From: an uncultured Actinomycetes bacterium
GTDB taxonomy: Bacteria; Actinomycetota; Actinomycetes; Acidothermales; Acidothermaceae
DNA: 64,000 nt
Assembly: GCA_963836475.1 (NCBI GenBank)
Contig: CAWIJQ010000004.1
Coordinates: 81,775-145,774 of the forward strand
Direction of reading: 5' to 3'
Below are positions 45,111 through 53,460 of the stretch, piece by piece (position 1 is the stretch's first letter; the number at the start of each line of letters is the position of its first letter). The position numbers were made by a program, and so were the translations under genes. Under the pieces are notes generated by a model, which was given only the letters and a program-made list of their open reading frames with translations, had not been told where the DNA came from and made no database searches.

Positions 45111-45198
45111 GATGGAACCTCTTTCCTTGAGCCAGCCCGGAAATTCCCCGGGCCGTTCACGGAATTAATGCCCCACCTCGCGGGCCCTAACCTGTTGA

Positions 45199-45516
45199 TC
45201 AGCCGGTTGGTGTCCACGATTCGGTGACGTCGAGGTTGTAGAACTTGGGCGGTCCGTCGCACAGTTCCATCATGCGTTCGGCGAATTTCGTCGTCTCCGG
45301 CAACGCTGAGTTCTTCATCGCCGCTTCGTACGATTCAAACTCGATGATGTTGAAGCAGTAGCCGGGCCGGTCGCGATCGGTGGTGAAGGTACCGCGCACG
45401 ACTGGCATCTCGCCGTCGGCGCTCGCCGCCCGCTCTGCCCGAAACTCCTCGCCGAGAGCCAGCACTTCGTCGACGTGCGACGTCTTGAACTCAATGATCT
45501 GCACGAATTTGGCCAT
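45199..45516 (-). CDS. Hypothetical protein (105 aa)
   Basis: Intact ORF with a clean start and coding-like composition. It may have a small alpha+beta (Dabb/ABM-like) fold, but I do not recognise it with confidence. Confidence 0.5.
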   Translation of the reverse strand: MAKFVQIIEFKTSHVDEVLALGEEFRAERAASADGEMPVVRGTFTTDRDRPGYCFNIIEFESYEAAMKNSALPETTKFAERMMELCDGPPKFYNLDVTESWTPTG

Positions 45517-45582
45517 GACGCCTCCTGGGCGGTTGAGATGCGCCCAGCGTGCTCGCCCGGCCGCACGACCGCAAGAGGTGAT

Positions 45583-46638
45583 TTAGGTATGCGCGGCCCA
45601 CTTCAGCAACCCGTCGGCGTCCATCGTGTTGACGACGTTTGCCGCGTCGACACCGCACTCTTCGGCCCGCGCGCAGCCGTAGATCTGCCAATCGAGCTGA
45701 CCAGGCGCGTGCGCATCGGTGTCGATCGAGAACTGGCACCCCATTTCGACAGCCAGCGTCAGCAGCCGACGAGGTGGGTCAAGACGCTCGGGCCGGCTGT
45801 TGATCTCGACGGCCGTTCCGCTTTCCTTACAGGCTTGGAAAACTCGCGCGGCATCGAAGTGCGACTCGGCCCGGGGCCGACCGCCCTCACGGCCAATCAA
45901 CAGCCGCCCGGTGCAATGGCCGAGCACGTCAACGCGTGGGTTGCGGACGGCGGCCACCATCCGGCGCGTCATCGCTGGCGCGTCCATGGCGAGTTTGGAA
46001 TGCACACTGGCGACCACGATGTCGAGTTGATCGAGCAACTCGGGCTCCTGATCGAGTGAGCCGTCGTCGAGGATGTCGCACTCGATGCCGGTGAGGATCC
46101 GAAACGGCGCCAGCTTGTCGTTGAGGTCGGCGACGACGCGCAGCTGCTCGCGCAACCGATCTGGCGTGAGGCCGTTGGCAACGGTCAGCCGAGGTGAGTG
46201 ATCGGTCAACACCATGTACTCGTGCGGCCCGCTCGAAAGGGCGCGTGCGGCTTCCGCCATCTCCAGAATCGGGCTGCCGCCATCGCTCCAGTCGGAGTGC
46301 GTGTGCAGGTCGCCGCGCAAAGCAGCCCGCATCGCCGTGCCGCCCTCCGTAAGCGCAGCTGCTCCGCTCGGAAGCAGTTTGGCGAGGTACTCCGGAACCT
46401 GCCCGGCCAGCGCCTCACGCACCACACCGGCCGTGGCCTTGCCGATGCCCGGCAGCTCACTCAACGTGCCCTGTGTGGTCCGCCGCTCGAGCTCGCCTGC
46501 GGGCAGTGCGGCCAGCGTGTCGGCGGCCGAACGAAATGCCTTGACCCGATAGGTCGGCTCGCGGGCGCGTTCGAGCAAGAACGCAATTTGCCGCAGCGCG
46601 TCGATAGGGTCGACTTTCACATCAGTCACGTAACCCAC
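45583..46638 (-). CDS. PHP-domain phosphoesterase with an N-terminal helix-hairpin-helix (PolX lyase-like) region
   Basis: Intact 351-aa ORF with LPGIGKATAGVV (HhH), then GDLHTHSDWSDG, LTDHSP, VASVHS and SIDTDAH (PHP metal-binding motifs). Confidence 0.8.
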   Translation of the reverse strand: MGYVTDVKVDPIDALRQIAFLLERAREPTYRVKAFRSAADTLAALPAGELERRTTQGTLSELPGIGKATAGVVREALAGQVPEYLAKLLPSGAAALTEGGTAMRAALRGDLHTHSDWSDGGSPILEMAEAARALSSGPHEYMVLTDHSPRLTVANGLTPDRLREQLRVVADLNDKLAPFRILTGIECDILDDGSLDQEPELLDQLDIVVASVHSKLAMDAPAMTRRMVAAVRNPRVDVLGHCTGRLLIGREGGRPRAESHFDAARVFQACKESGTAVEINSRPERLDPPRRLLTLAVEMGCQFSIDTDAHAPGQLDWQIYGCARAEECGVDAANVVNTMDADGLLKWAAHT

Positions 46639-46720
46639 CTACCCTTTCGAGCAACGCACGAATGGTTTGTTGGAGATCAACTTCGGGCATTTACCCGACA
46701 TGGAGCTGAGGAGACCTGAG

Positions 46721-46912
46721 GTGTCCGGCCCGCCGTCAGAAAACGTGCGAGACAAGCTGCGTTCCCTTCTTGTCCTCATCGCCATCTTCGCTGTCGGTGG
46801 GTGGTCGACCAGTCTGGTCTTTCATAACGCACTCGGTGTGCGGGCGTCGATCACGGTATTGGCCGCAATCATCGTCGGCGCAATCGTTGCGCGCGTGTAC
46901 CGGAAGATCTAG
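46721..46912 (+). CDS. Possible small two-TM membrane protein (63 aa)
   Basis: GTG at 46721 is preceded by GAGGAGA. Hydrophobic segments are LLVLIAIFAVGGW and ITVLAAIIVGAIVA. It is short, so support is weak. Confidence 0.35.
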   Translation: MSGPPSENVRDKLRSLLVLIAIFAVGGWSTSLVFHNALGVRASITVLAAIIVGAIVARVYRKI

Positions 46913-46993
46913 GCGGATGTAGGAACGCGGCGTCGGGGCGCCGAGCACAGGCGCCGAGCACAGCCCGGCACATCGGCAAAAAGGGAGGTCACT

Positions 46994-47959
46994 GTGAGCC
47001 GACAGGAACACTGGCGACCGACCCACGACGATCCCCTGTTCATCCTCGCGATGGACCACCGCGAGTCGTTCGGCACCACGCTGTTTGGGGTGAAAGACGA
47101 TTCGCCGACCGCCGCGCAACGCGCGAGCATGGCGCAGGCGAAATCCCTTATCTACCAGGGCCTTACCCAGGCAGCGCCGCAGTTGCACGGCGGCCGAGCC
47201 GGCGTGCTTGTCGATGAGCAATACGGCCAGGACGTCATCACCGAGGCGATGCGCGACCCGATCGTGCTGGCCATACCGGTTGAGGCGAGCGGCCATGAGT
47301 GGTTCACGTTGCAGTGGCCCGAATCATGGCTCGAGCACGTGCAGCGCATCAACCCCAGCTACGTGAAAGTGTTGGTGCGCGACAACCCGACGTTCGACCC
47401 CGACCAACGCCGCCACCAATTTGACCAGCTCGCGCAGGTGAGCAAGGCGCTCGAATCGGTTGGCACTCCGCTCCTGTATGAGTTGCTCGTACCCGCGACT
47501 GACGAGCAACTCGCGTCGCTCGGCGGGCCGGCGAGCAGTGCGGTCGACCGCTACGACCGCGAGGTGCGCCCCGAGCTCGTCGTCCGGGTCATCGCCGACA
47601 ATCAGGACGCCGGAATCGAACCGAGGTTGTGGAAGGTGGAAGGCCTCGACACCGTCGAGGCCGCACGGACCGTCGCCGCGCAGGCGCAGGCCGACAACCG
47701 CGACACCAACCTGCTCGTGCTCGGTCGCGATGCCCCGGTCGATCGGCTCGACCGCTGGCTTCAGGTAGCCGCACAGGTCGACGCGTTCGTCGGCTTCGCG
47801 ATCGGCCGCAGCATCTGGGAAGATCCGCTGCGCGACTGGGTCAATCACGGCCTCGGCGACCAGCCGACGGCCGACCACATCAGCAATGCGTATCTCGCCT
47901 TCGCCCATCAATGGGTAAGCAGCACGACGAAGACCAGTAGTCAGGACGACGACCAGTAA
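46994..47959 (+). CDS. DUF2090-like / class I aldolase-fold protein (resembles the C-terminal domain of actinobacterial IolC proteins)
   Basis: Intact 321-aa ORF starting at a GTG preceded by AAAGGGAGG. FILAMDHRESF...GVLVDEQYG...VKVLVRDNP...LLYELLVP...WKVEG are patterns I associate with that family. The assignment is from memory. Confidence 0.5.
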   Translation: MSRQEHWRPTHDDPLFILAMDHRESFGTTLFGVKDDSPTAAQRASMAQAKSLIYQGLTQAAPQLHGGRAGVLVDEQYGQDVITEAMRDPIVLAIPVEASGHEWFTLQWPESWLEHVQRINPSYVKVLVRDNPTFDPDQRRHQFDQLAQVSKALESVGTPLLYELLVPATDEQLASLGGPASSAVDRYDREVRPELVVRVIADNQDAGIEPRLWKVEGLDTVEAARTVAAQAQADNRDTNLLVLGRDAPVDRLDRWLQVAAQVDAFVGFAIGRSIWEDPLRDWVNHGLGDQPTADHISNAYLAFAHQWVSSTTKTSSQDDDQ

Positions 47960-48900
47960 CGGTCGCCGGCCAGCACAAGGGCGGCAGCGCCGACCAACCC
48001 GGCATCGTTGCCGAGCCTCGCCGGCACGACCGTGAGATCCCGCAGAAAGTCCACCTTGGCGTGGTCGGCAATCGCCGCCCGCATCGGCGCAAACAACAGG
48101 TCGCCGGTCTGGGCCAACCCGCCGCCCACGACCACAAGCGTGACGTCGAGCAGCGCAGCGGCCGAGGCGATCGCAATACCGACGGCCCGCCCGGCGCGGT
48201 CGAACGCACGCATCGCCACCTCGTTGCCCGCGCGTGCGTCATCGGCAAGCGCACGAGCCGTCACCTCGCCGGTGGGCTGCCACCCGTGTTCGACCGCCCA
48301 CGCAGCGACGGCCGGACCGCGAGCAATGCCTTCCAGACAACCGCGACCGCCGCACGGGCACACCGCGCCGTCGGGATCGACGATGATGTGTCCGACGTGG
48401 CCACCGTTTCCGCTGTTGCCGTCGACCACTCGGCCGCCGAGCACAAGACCGCCGCCAACACCCGTCGACACAACCATGCCGAGCATGTCGTCGACTCCGA
48501 CACCGGCTCCACGCCAGTGCTCTGCGACTGCAAAGCAAATCGCGTCGTTGTGCAGGCGCACCGGCACGCCGAATGCATCACGCAGGCGTTGACGCAACGG
48601 AAACCCGCGCCAGCCAGGGATATTCAGCGGCGACACCTCGCCGACCGGCCAGGCCATCGGTCCACCGCACCCGACCCCTATCGCTGATACGTCACCGACA
48701 TCCGGCAGCGCCTCAATCGCGTGCCGCAAGGCCGTCCAGATGGTCTCGGCATCAGCGGCAGGCGGGGTCGGCGTCCGCGAACTTGTCATGACGCGCCCGT
48801 CGGCGGCGACGATACCGACCGCCATCTTGGTGCCACCAATGTCGATCGCGAGCACCGAACCGTCGGTCATGATGCCGTCGTTCATGACGCCGGCCGTCAT
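47941..48900 (-). CDS. ROK-family sugar kinase (no HTH domain)
   Basis: Intact 319-aa ORF with LAIDIGGTKMAVG, the ROK zinc motif GHIIVDPDGAVCPCGGRGCLE and VVGGGLA. The ATG overlaps the FIST gene stop (ATGA at 48897-48900). Confidence 0.85.
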   Translation of the reverse strand: MTAGVMNDGIMTDGSVLAIDIGGTKMAVGIVAADGRVMTSSRTPTPPAADAETIWTALRHAIEALPDVGDVSAIGVGCGGPMAWPVGEVSPLNIPGWRGFPLRQRLRDAFGVPVRLHNDAICFAVAEHWRGAGVGVDDMLGMVVSTGVGGGLVLGGRVVDGNSGNGGHVGHIIVDPDGAVCPCGGRGCLEGIARGPAVAAWAVEHGWQPTGEVTARALADDARAGNEVAMRAFDRAGRAVGIAIASAAALLDVTLVVVGGGLAQTGDLLFAPMRAAIADHAKVDFLRDLTVVPARLGNDAGLVGAAALVLAGDRYWSSS

Positions 48901-50069
48901 GATGCGCGACGAGGCGACCCGAAGACCAAGACGGACGCCGAAAAGCCGTGCAGATGGTTGCGGTCTCCGACCGGGCCGATCTCGCCGGCGGCAAAAAAGC
49001 CGGCGACACCCGACGTCGATAATCCTTGCCGCATCGCCAGCACGTCATGGTCAGCGGACGTGAACAAGTTAGATCCCCTGCCGTTACAGGAAAACAGCAG
49101 CGCGCCTTCGACCGCAGTGAAGTCACGCCGCAGCTGAACCAACATCGCCCGCAGATCGTCGTCCGCTGAAGCTGCGTCGCGCACTTGGAACCGCACGGTG
49201 CGTCCGACCGGCACTATGTCGCCGATCGCGATCGCGCCGCGCGCCTTGTCGAGGCCGAGGATGCCGCGGACGAGAAAATCGCCGCGTTCGTGTTCTTCGG
49301 CGTACTCGTCCATCGCGACGCCGACTTGCAGCCCTGCGCTGGCCAGCGCCTGATCGCTCGACGACAACGAGCTGATCACTTCTTCGAGCTTGGCGATCGC
49401 GGAAATGCCCGCGAGCTCGAGCAACAGGTTGCCTTCGGCGGCGGTGACCGTCATCGCCGGACCGACCGGGCGGCACCCCTGGCTGACCATCGCCTGCGCG
49501 CCCACCGGCCCGCCGAGCACGACGCCGACCGCGCCTCGGTCGACCACGCGATTGTCGATGAGCAGGCGGGTTGAGCCGGGCCCACGGTTGCCGGTCGCCA
49601 TGCCGCCGACCAGGGGCAGGGCCAACGCTTCATTTGCCTGCTCGACGAATCCATCGGTCGGGAACGAGTAGGGGTCGGCGAGTACGACTGCCACCTCATC
49701 GGCATCCTCGCCCTCAGGCAGCCCGAGAATCGCCATACCACCGGGGGTGCGGATGACCTCAAGATGGAAGACGCGAACGCGGACGCCGGGCAGCACGGCC
49801 GCCCACACGCTCACCGCGCTCGTCGACTCGACACCCTGCGCGGCCCCGATGACGCCCGACGCGCTGCACCCGATGACCGTGCGTGCGCGCAGCACACTCG
49901 CGGCCCGCTGCAACGCGGCTTCGATCTGCTCAGGGTCGGAACCACAGACAAAGACGCAGGCCAGGTCGGGGCTCAGGCCGCCGAGTGGCGCGCGTGCCGC
50001 GATCGCGGCCGCCTCCGCTGCCCGCACGAGGTCGGCATCGACGGCAAGTCCATCCCCGAAGCGCGCCAT
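48897..50069 (-). CDS. Stand-alone FIST sensor-domain protein (FIST_N plus FIST_C)
   Basis: Intact 390-aa ORF. CVFVCGS...IGCSASGVIG is N-domain-like. The C-domain signature is ALLFSCNGRGSNLF...DHD...GFFAAGEIGPVGDRNHLHGFSASVLVF. Confidence 0.8.
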   Translation of the reverse strand: MARFGDGLAVDADLVRAAEAAAIAARAPLGGLSPDLACVFVCGSDPEQIEAALQRAASVLRARTVIGCSASGVIGAAQGVESTSAVSVWAAVLPGVRVRVFHLEVIRTPGGMAILGLPEGEDADEVAVVLADPYSFPTDGFVEQANEALALPLVGGMATGNRGPGSTRLLIDNRVVDRGAVGVVLGGPVGAQAMVSQGCRPVGPAMTVTAAEGNLLLELAGISAIAKLEEVISSLSSSDQALASAGLQVGVAMDEYAEEHERGDFLVRGILGLDKARGAIAIGDIVPVGRTVRFQVRDAASADDDLRAMLVQLRRDFTAVEGALLFSCNGRGSNLFTSADHDVLAMRQGLSTSGVAGFFAAGEIGPVGDRNHLHGFSASVLVFGSPRRAS

Positions 50070-50220
50070 CCGGCCATCCTGTCGGCTCGCGGCCGCGCTG
50101 TCATGCCGACTGAAGCGGCATTCGGGTGTATTTGCACGGCTGCCGTTCCGCCGCCCGGTTCTGAAAGTTGATCACGGCTCAGTCGCGCGGTCGGTCGCGC
50201 GGTGAGTCCGGTCAGTCCGG

Positions 50221-51882
50221 TCAGTCGTCGACCTCAACACGGTCGATGGTCGTCCAATAGAAGCGCGACTGCGCGTTCTTTTCTTCGGCGACCTCGGCTT
50301 CCCATACGTGCTCGCCGCGCGTCAGCGGTCCGCTGTCCCATATCATCGCGTGTTCACGGCGGCTCACCGCGTACTGATCAACGACGGTCCGATCGGCACC
50401 ATCGAGGGAGACTAAGAGCATGCCGTGGTTTGCATCGCAGTTGGCAAAAACCCTGACGCGCGAGCCAACGAACCGCAGCCGCAAGCTGTCACCTGCGCTG
50501 ATCGAGCAGGAGTCGGCTTCGCCGGGCGCATTCTCGTCGTCACCGTGAATCCAGTCGCCGTTGTAGTCCAATTGGAAGGAGCCACTTCCGACGACGTTGT
50601 TCTGAATGATTGTTGTGCCGTTGACCAGCCGGGTCCCCCGCGCATTGCGCGCCTCGGTCACGGCAGCTGTTGCCGCAGCCAGCTGCATCGCGGGGTATTC
50701 CCGGAGTACCGGCTCGATCACCTGTTGCGCTTCAAGCAGCGCGTCCGATGCGATCTTGAGTCTGGCGTTGACGTAGGCCGACCTGCGAATGAAGTGGGAC
50801 ATCGCCTTGACGTTCGTCGCGATCGCGCTCGATTCGCTCGCGGCATCGGCGGCCACCCGGCTGATCTCGTAGACCGCCGCGTTTTGCTCAACGATCGCTG
50901 ACGAGATCGAGGCCTGGCTGGCGGTCACTTGCAGCGCCCCTTGGGTGATGCTGTGCAAAGCGGCGCGCGCAGCTGTCGATCCCTTCCCGATGTTGTCGAC
51001 TGTCTCCGACACCTCTTTGACGGCAACGGCCGTGGCGCCGGCCAGTTCCTTGACCTCAGCGGCGACGACCCCGAACCCGAGACCCGCTTCGCCTGCGCGG
51101 GCAGCCTCGATCGTGGCGTTGAGCGCGAGGAGCTTCGTCTGTGCTGCGATCGTCGCGATCATCTGCGCAACCGCCCCCACGTGATCGGACGCATCGCTTA
51201 GGTCCGAAACCGCACCGCTCGCTGCGGTGGCCTGTGCCGACGCCGCGTCGGCAACCTGCGAGGCGCCGGCAGCGTGCGTCGAGATTTCGCGAACGCTCTC
51301 GACCAACTGGGTCGACGATGCGGCGACGACATGCATCAGCTCGGACATTTCTCGGGTCCGGCCATCTGCGGCCGAGGCCTGGGCCGACGTTGTCTCGACA
51401 GCCTTGTTGGCGCGCTCGTGCGCCGCGTCCATTTCCAGGTGCTGTTTGGTGATGACGTTTTGTGTGGTCACTAGGGTGACGAGCACGTGCTCGGCGTCAG
51501 CCAACACGGCGTCGACTTCGCCCAGAAGTCGACCGAGTCCGTCCGTCTGGCCGTCATGAACCCGGACGCGCAAATCGCCGGACGCCGCAGTGTGCAACGC
51601 GTCTGTCGCAGTCCGCATTCGTCGGCCGTACGCTCGGTGCGACGACGTGGCAGCGGCGGCGAGACCGACCGCCGTGACGGCGCCAATGATCGCATTCGGC
51701 CACACAACGTTCACGGTCAACAGCGCGAGCGCGAGTATCAGGGCAGCGCGCGGCACAACGATCGGGGCCGAGAGGGCCACTTTCGTCAAGCCCCTCCCGA
51801 CAGCAACCTTGCGGGCGGACACGGTGGATCCTCTCTGCGGCCGAGCTTGCCTGGTCACTGGCACCACCCGCATCATCGGCAT
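50221..51882 (-). CDS. Membrane protein with a two-TM hairpin, HAMP, a methyl-accepting (MA) signalling domain and a C-terminal beta-rich domain of about 140 aa
   Basis: Start taken at MPMMRVVP (51882) inside ORF 50221..52512. TM segments are ALILALALLTVNVV and IIGAVTAVGLAAAA. The HAMP-like region is ASGDLRVRV...DGLGRLLGEVD. The canonical MA hairpin tip is IAAQTKLLALNATIEAARAGEAGLGFGVVAAEVKELA. Confidence 0.8.
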   Translation of the reverse strand: MPMMRVVPVTRQARPQRGSTVSARKVAVGRGLTKVALSAPIVVPRAALILALALLTVNVVWPNAIIGAVTAVGLAAAATSSHRAYGRRMRTATDALHTAASGDLRVRVHDGQTDGLGRLLGEVDAVLADAEHVLVTLVTTQNVITKQHLEMDAAHERANKAVETTSAQASAADGRTREMSELMHVVAASSTQLVESVREISTHAAGASQVADAASAQATAASGAVSDLSDASDHVGAVAQMIATIAAQTKLLALNATIEAARAGEAGLGFGVVAAEVKELAGATAVAVKEVSETVDNIGKGSTAARAALHSITQGALQVTASQASISSAIVEQNAAVYEISRVAADAASESSAIATNVKAMSHFIRRSAYVNARLKIASDALLEAQQVIEPVLREYPAMQLAAATAAVTEARNARGTRLVNGTTIIQNNVVGSGSFQLDYNGDWIHGDDENAPGEADSCSISAGDSLRLRFVGSRVRVFANCDANHGMLLVSLDGADRTVVDQYAVSRREHAMIWDSGPLTRGEHVWEAEVAEEKNAQSRFYWTTIDRVEVDD

Positions 51883-51952
51883 CCGGCGCCCTAGCCTTAG
51901 GCGCACGGCGCCTCCGCCACGCAATCGCCGACCGCGACGTAAGGTCGAAGGC

Positions 51953-53428
51953 GTGCCAGCTACCGATAAGAACTCCAAGAACACCAGCCACGCGCACCTC
52001 GGCGGCCCCCCGCCGTCCGCCCGCCCTTCGATTGCCACCCGCCCGTCGATTGCCTCCGTGGGCGCGCTGCGCGCGAGCGGGCATGAGGCGAAACCGGTCA
52101 AGATCGAGATCCGCGACAACCTGCTCGCGCGGCTGCGGTCCGGTGAGCCTCGGTTCCCGGGCATCGTCGGGTTCGACGAGACGGTGTTGCCGAACGTCGA
52201 GCGCGCGCTGCTCGCTGGGCACGATTTCGTGCTGCTCGGCGAGCGGGGCCAGGGCAAGACGCGGCTGATCCGCACGATCGCCGGCCTGCTCGACGAGTGG
52301 ACGCCGATCGTCGACGGCTGCGAGATCAACGACCACCCGTACGCGCCGGTGTGCACGCGCTGCCGCCGGCTGGCCGACGAACTCGGCGACGACCTGCCGG
52401 TCGACTGGAAGCATCGCGACGAGCGGTACGGCGAGAAGCTGGCGACTCCTGACACCAGCGTCGGCGACCTCATCGGCGACGTCGACCCGATCAAGGTCGC
52501 CGAAGGCCGCACGCTCGGCGACCCCGAGACCGTGCACTACGGACTGGTACCGCGCTTCAACCGCGGCATCTTCTCGGTCAACGAGCTGCCCGACCTGGCC
52601 GAGCGCATTCAGGTGTCGCTGCTGAACGTGCTCGAAGAGCGCGACGTGCAGATTCGCGGCTACGCGTTGCGGCTGCCGCTCGACGTGCTGCTGATCGCGA
52701 GCGCGAACCCCGAGGACTACACCAACCGCGGCCGCATCATCACGCCGCTGAAAGACCGGTTCGGCGCCGAGGTGCGCACGCACTATCCGTTGCGGCTGGC
52801 CGACGAGGTTGCCCTGATCTCGCAAGAGGCGCGAGCTGGCGGCCGACGTGCCGCCCTACCTGCTCGAGGTGGTCGCTCGATTCACCCGCCTCGTGCGCGA
52901 ATCGACGGCGATCGATCAGCGGTCGGGAGTGTCGGCACGATTCGCGGTGGCGGGTGCCGAAACCGTCGCGGCGTCGGCACTTCGGCGGGCCGCGTTGACC
53001 GGCGAGCCGGACGCCGTGGCGCGGGTGTGCGACCTACCCGGCATCGTCGATTCGCTTCAGGGCAAGGTCGAATTCGAGGTCAGCGAGGAAGGTCGCGAAC
53101 GCGACGTGCTCGTGCACCTGTTGCGTCGCGCCGTTGCGGAGACGTTCCGCTCGAAACTCGGGAACACTGACTTGAGTGGGTTGATGGCGCGCTTCGAGGA
53201 GGGCGCCACTGTCGAGACGGGCGAGTTGGTCTCGGCGAGTGATCTGCTCAAGCGGGTCGGGCCAGGTGCCCGGGTTTGGCGAAGGTGTTGGAGCGGCTCG
53301 GCGACGAGAGCGGGGAGCACCCGGGCCGCGCGGCGGCCGCGATCGAGTTCGCACTCGAGGGTCTGTACCTGACGCGTCGGCTGAGCAAGGACGAAGTGCC
53401 CGGCCGCACGGTGTACGGCGGCGGCTGA
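51953..53428 (+). pseudogene. AAA+ ATPase of the ChlI/MoxR-like (magnesium-chelatase-like) type, 2 frame breaks (about 52850 and 53240)
   Basis: GTG at 51953. IVGFDETVLPNVERALLAGHDFVLLGERGQGKT (Walker A), GIFSVNELPDL (Walker B) and ASANPEDYTNRGRIITPLKDRF are in ORF 51590..53170. It continues in 52848..53372 and then 53239..53640 to TGA 53426-53428. Confidence 0.75.
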
Positions 53429-53460
53429 GCAGTGCTTCCTGGCCGAGTCATGAGGAAGAC

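Noticed and set aside
51883-52512. A 210-codon N-terminal extension of the MA-domain ORF (50221..52512)
   Set aside because: The extension is antisense to the well-supported AAA+ ATPase gene and is Ser/Arg/Pro-rich. The membrane and HAMP architecture starts cleanly at the MPMMRV start at 51882.
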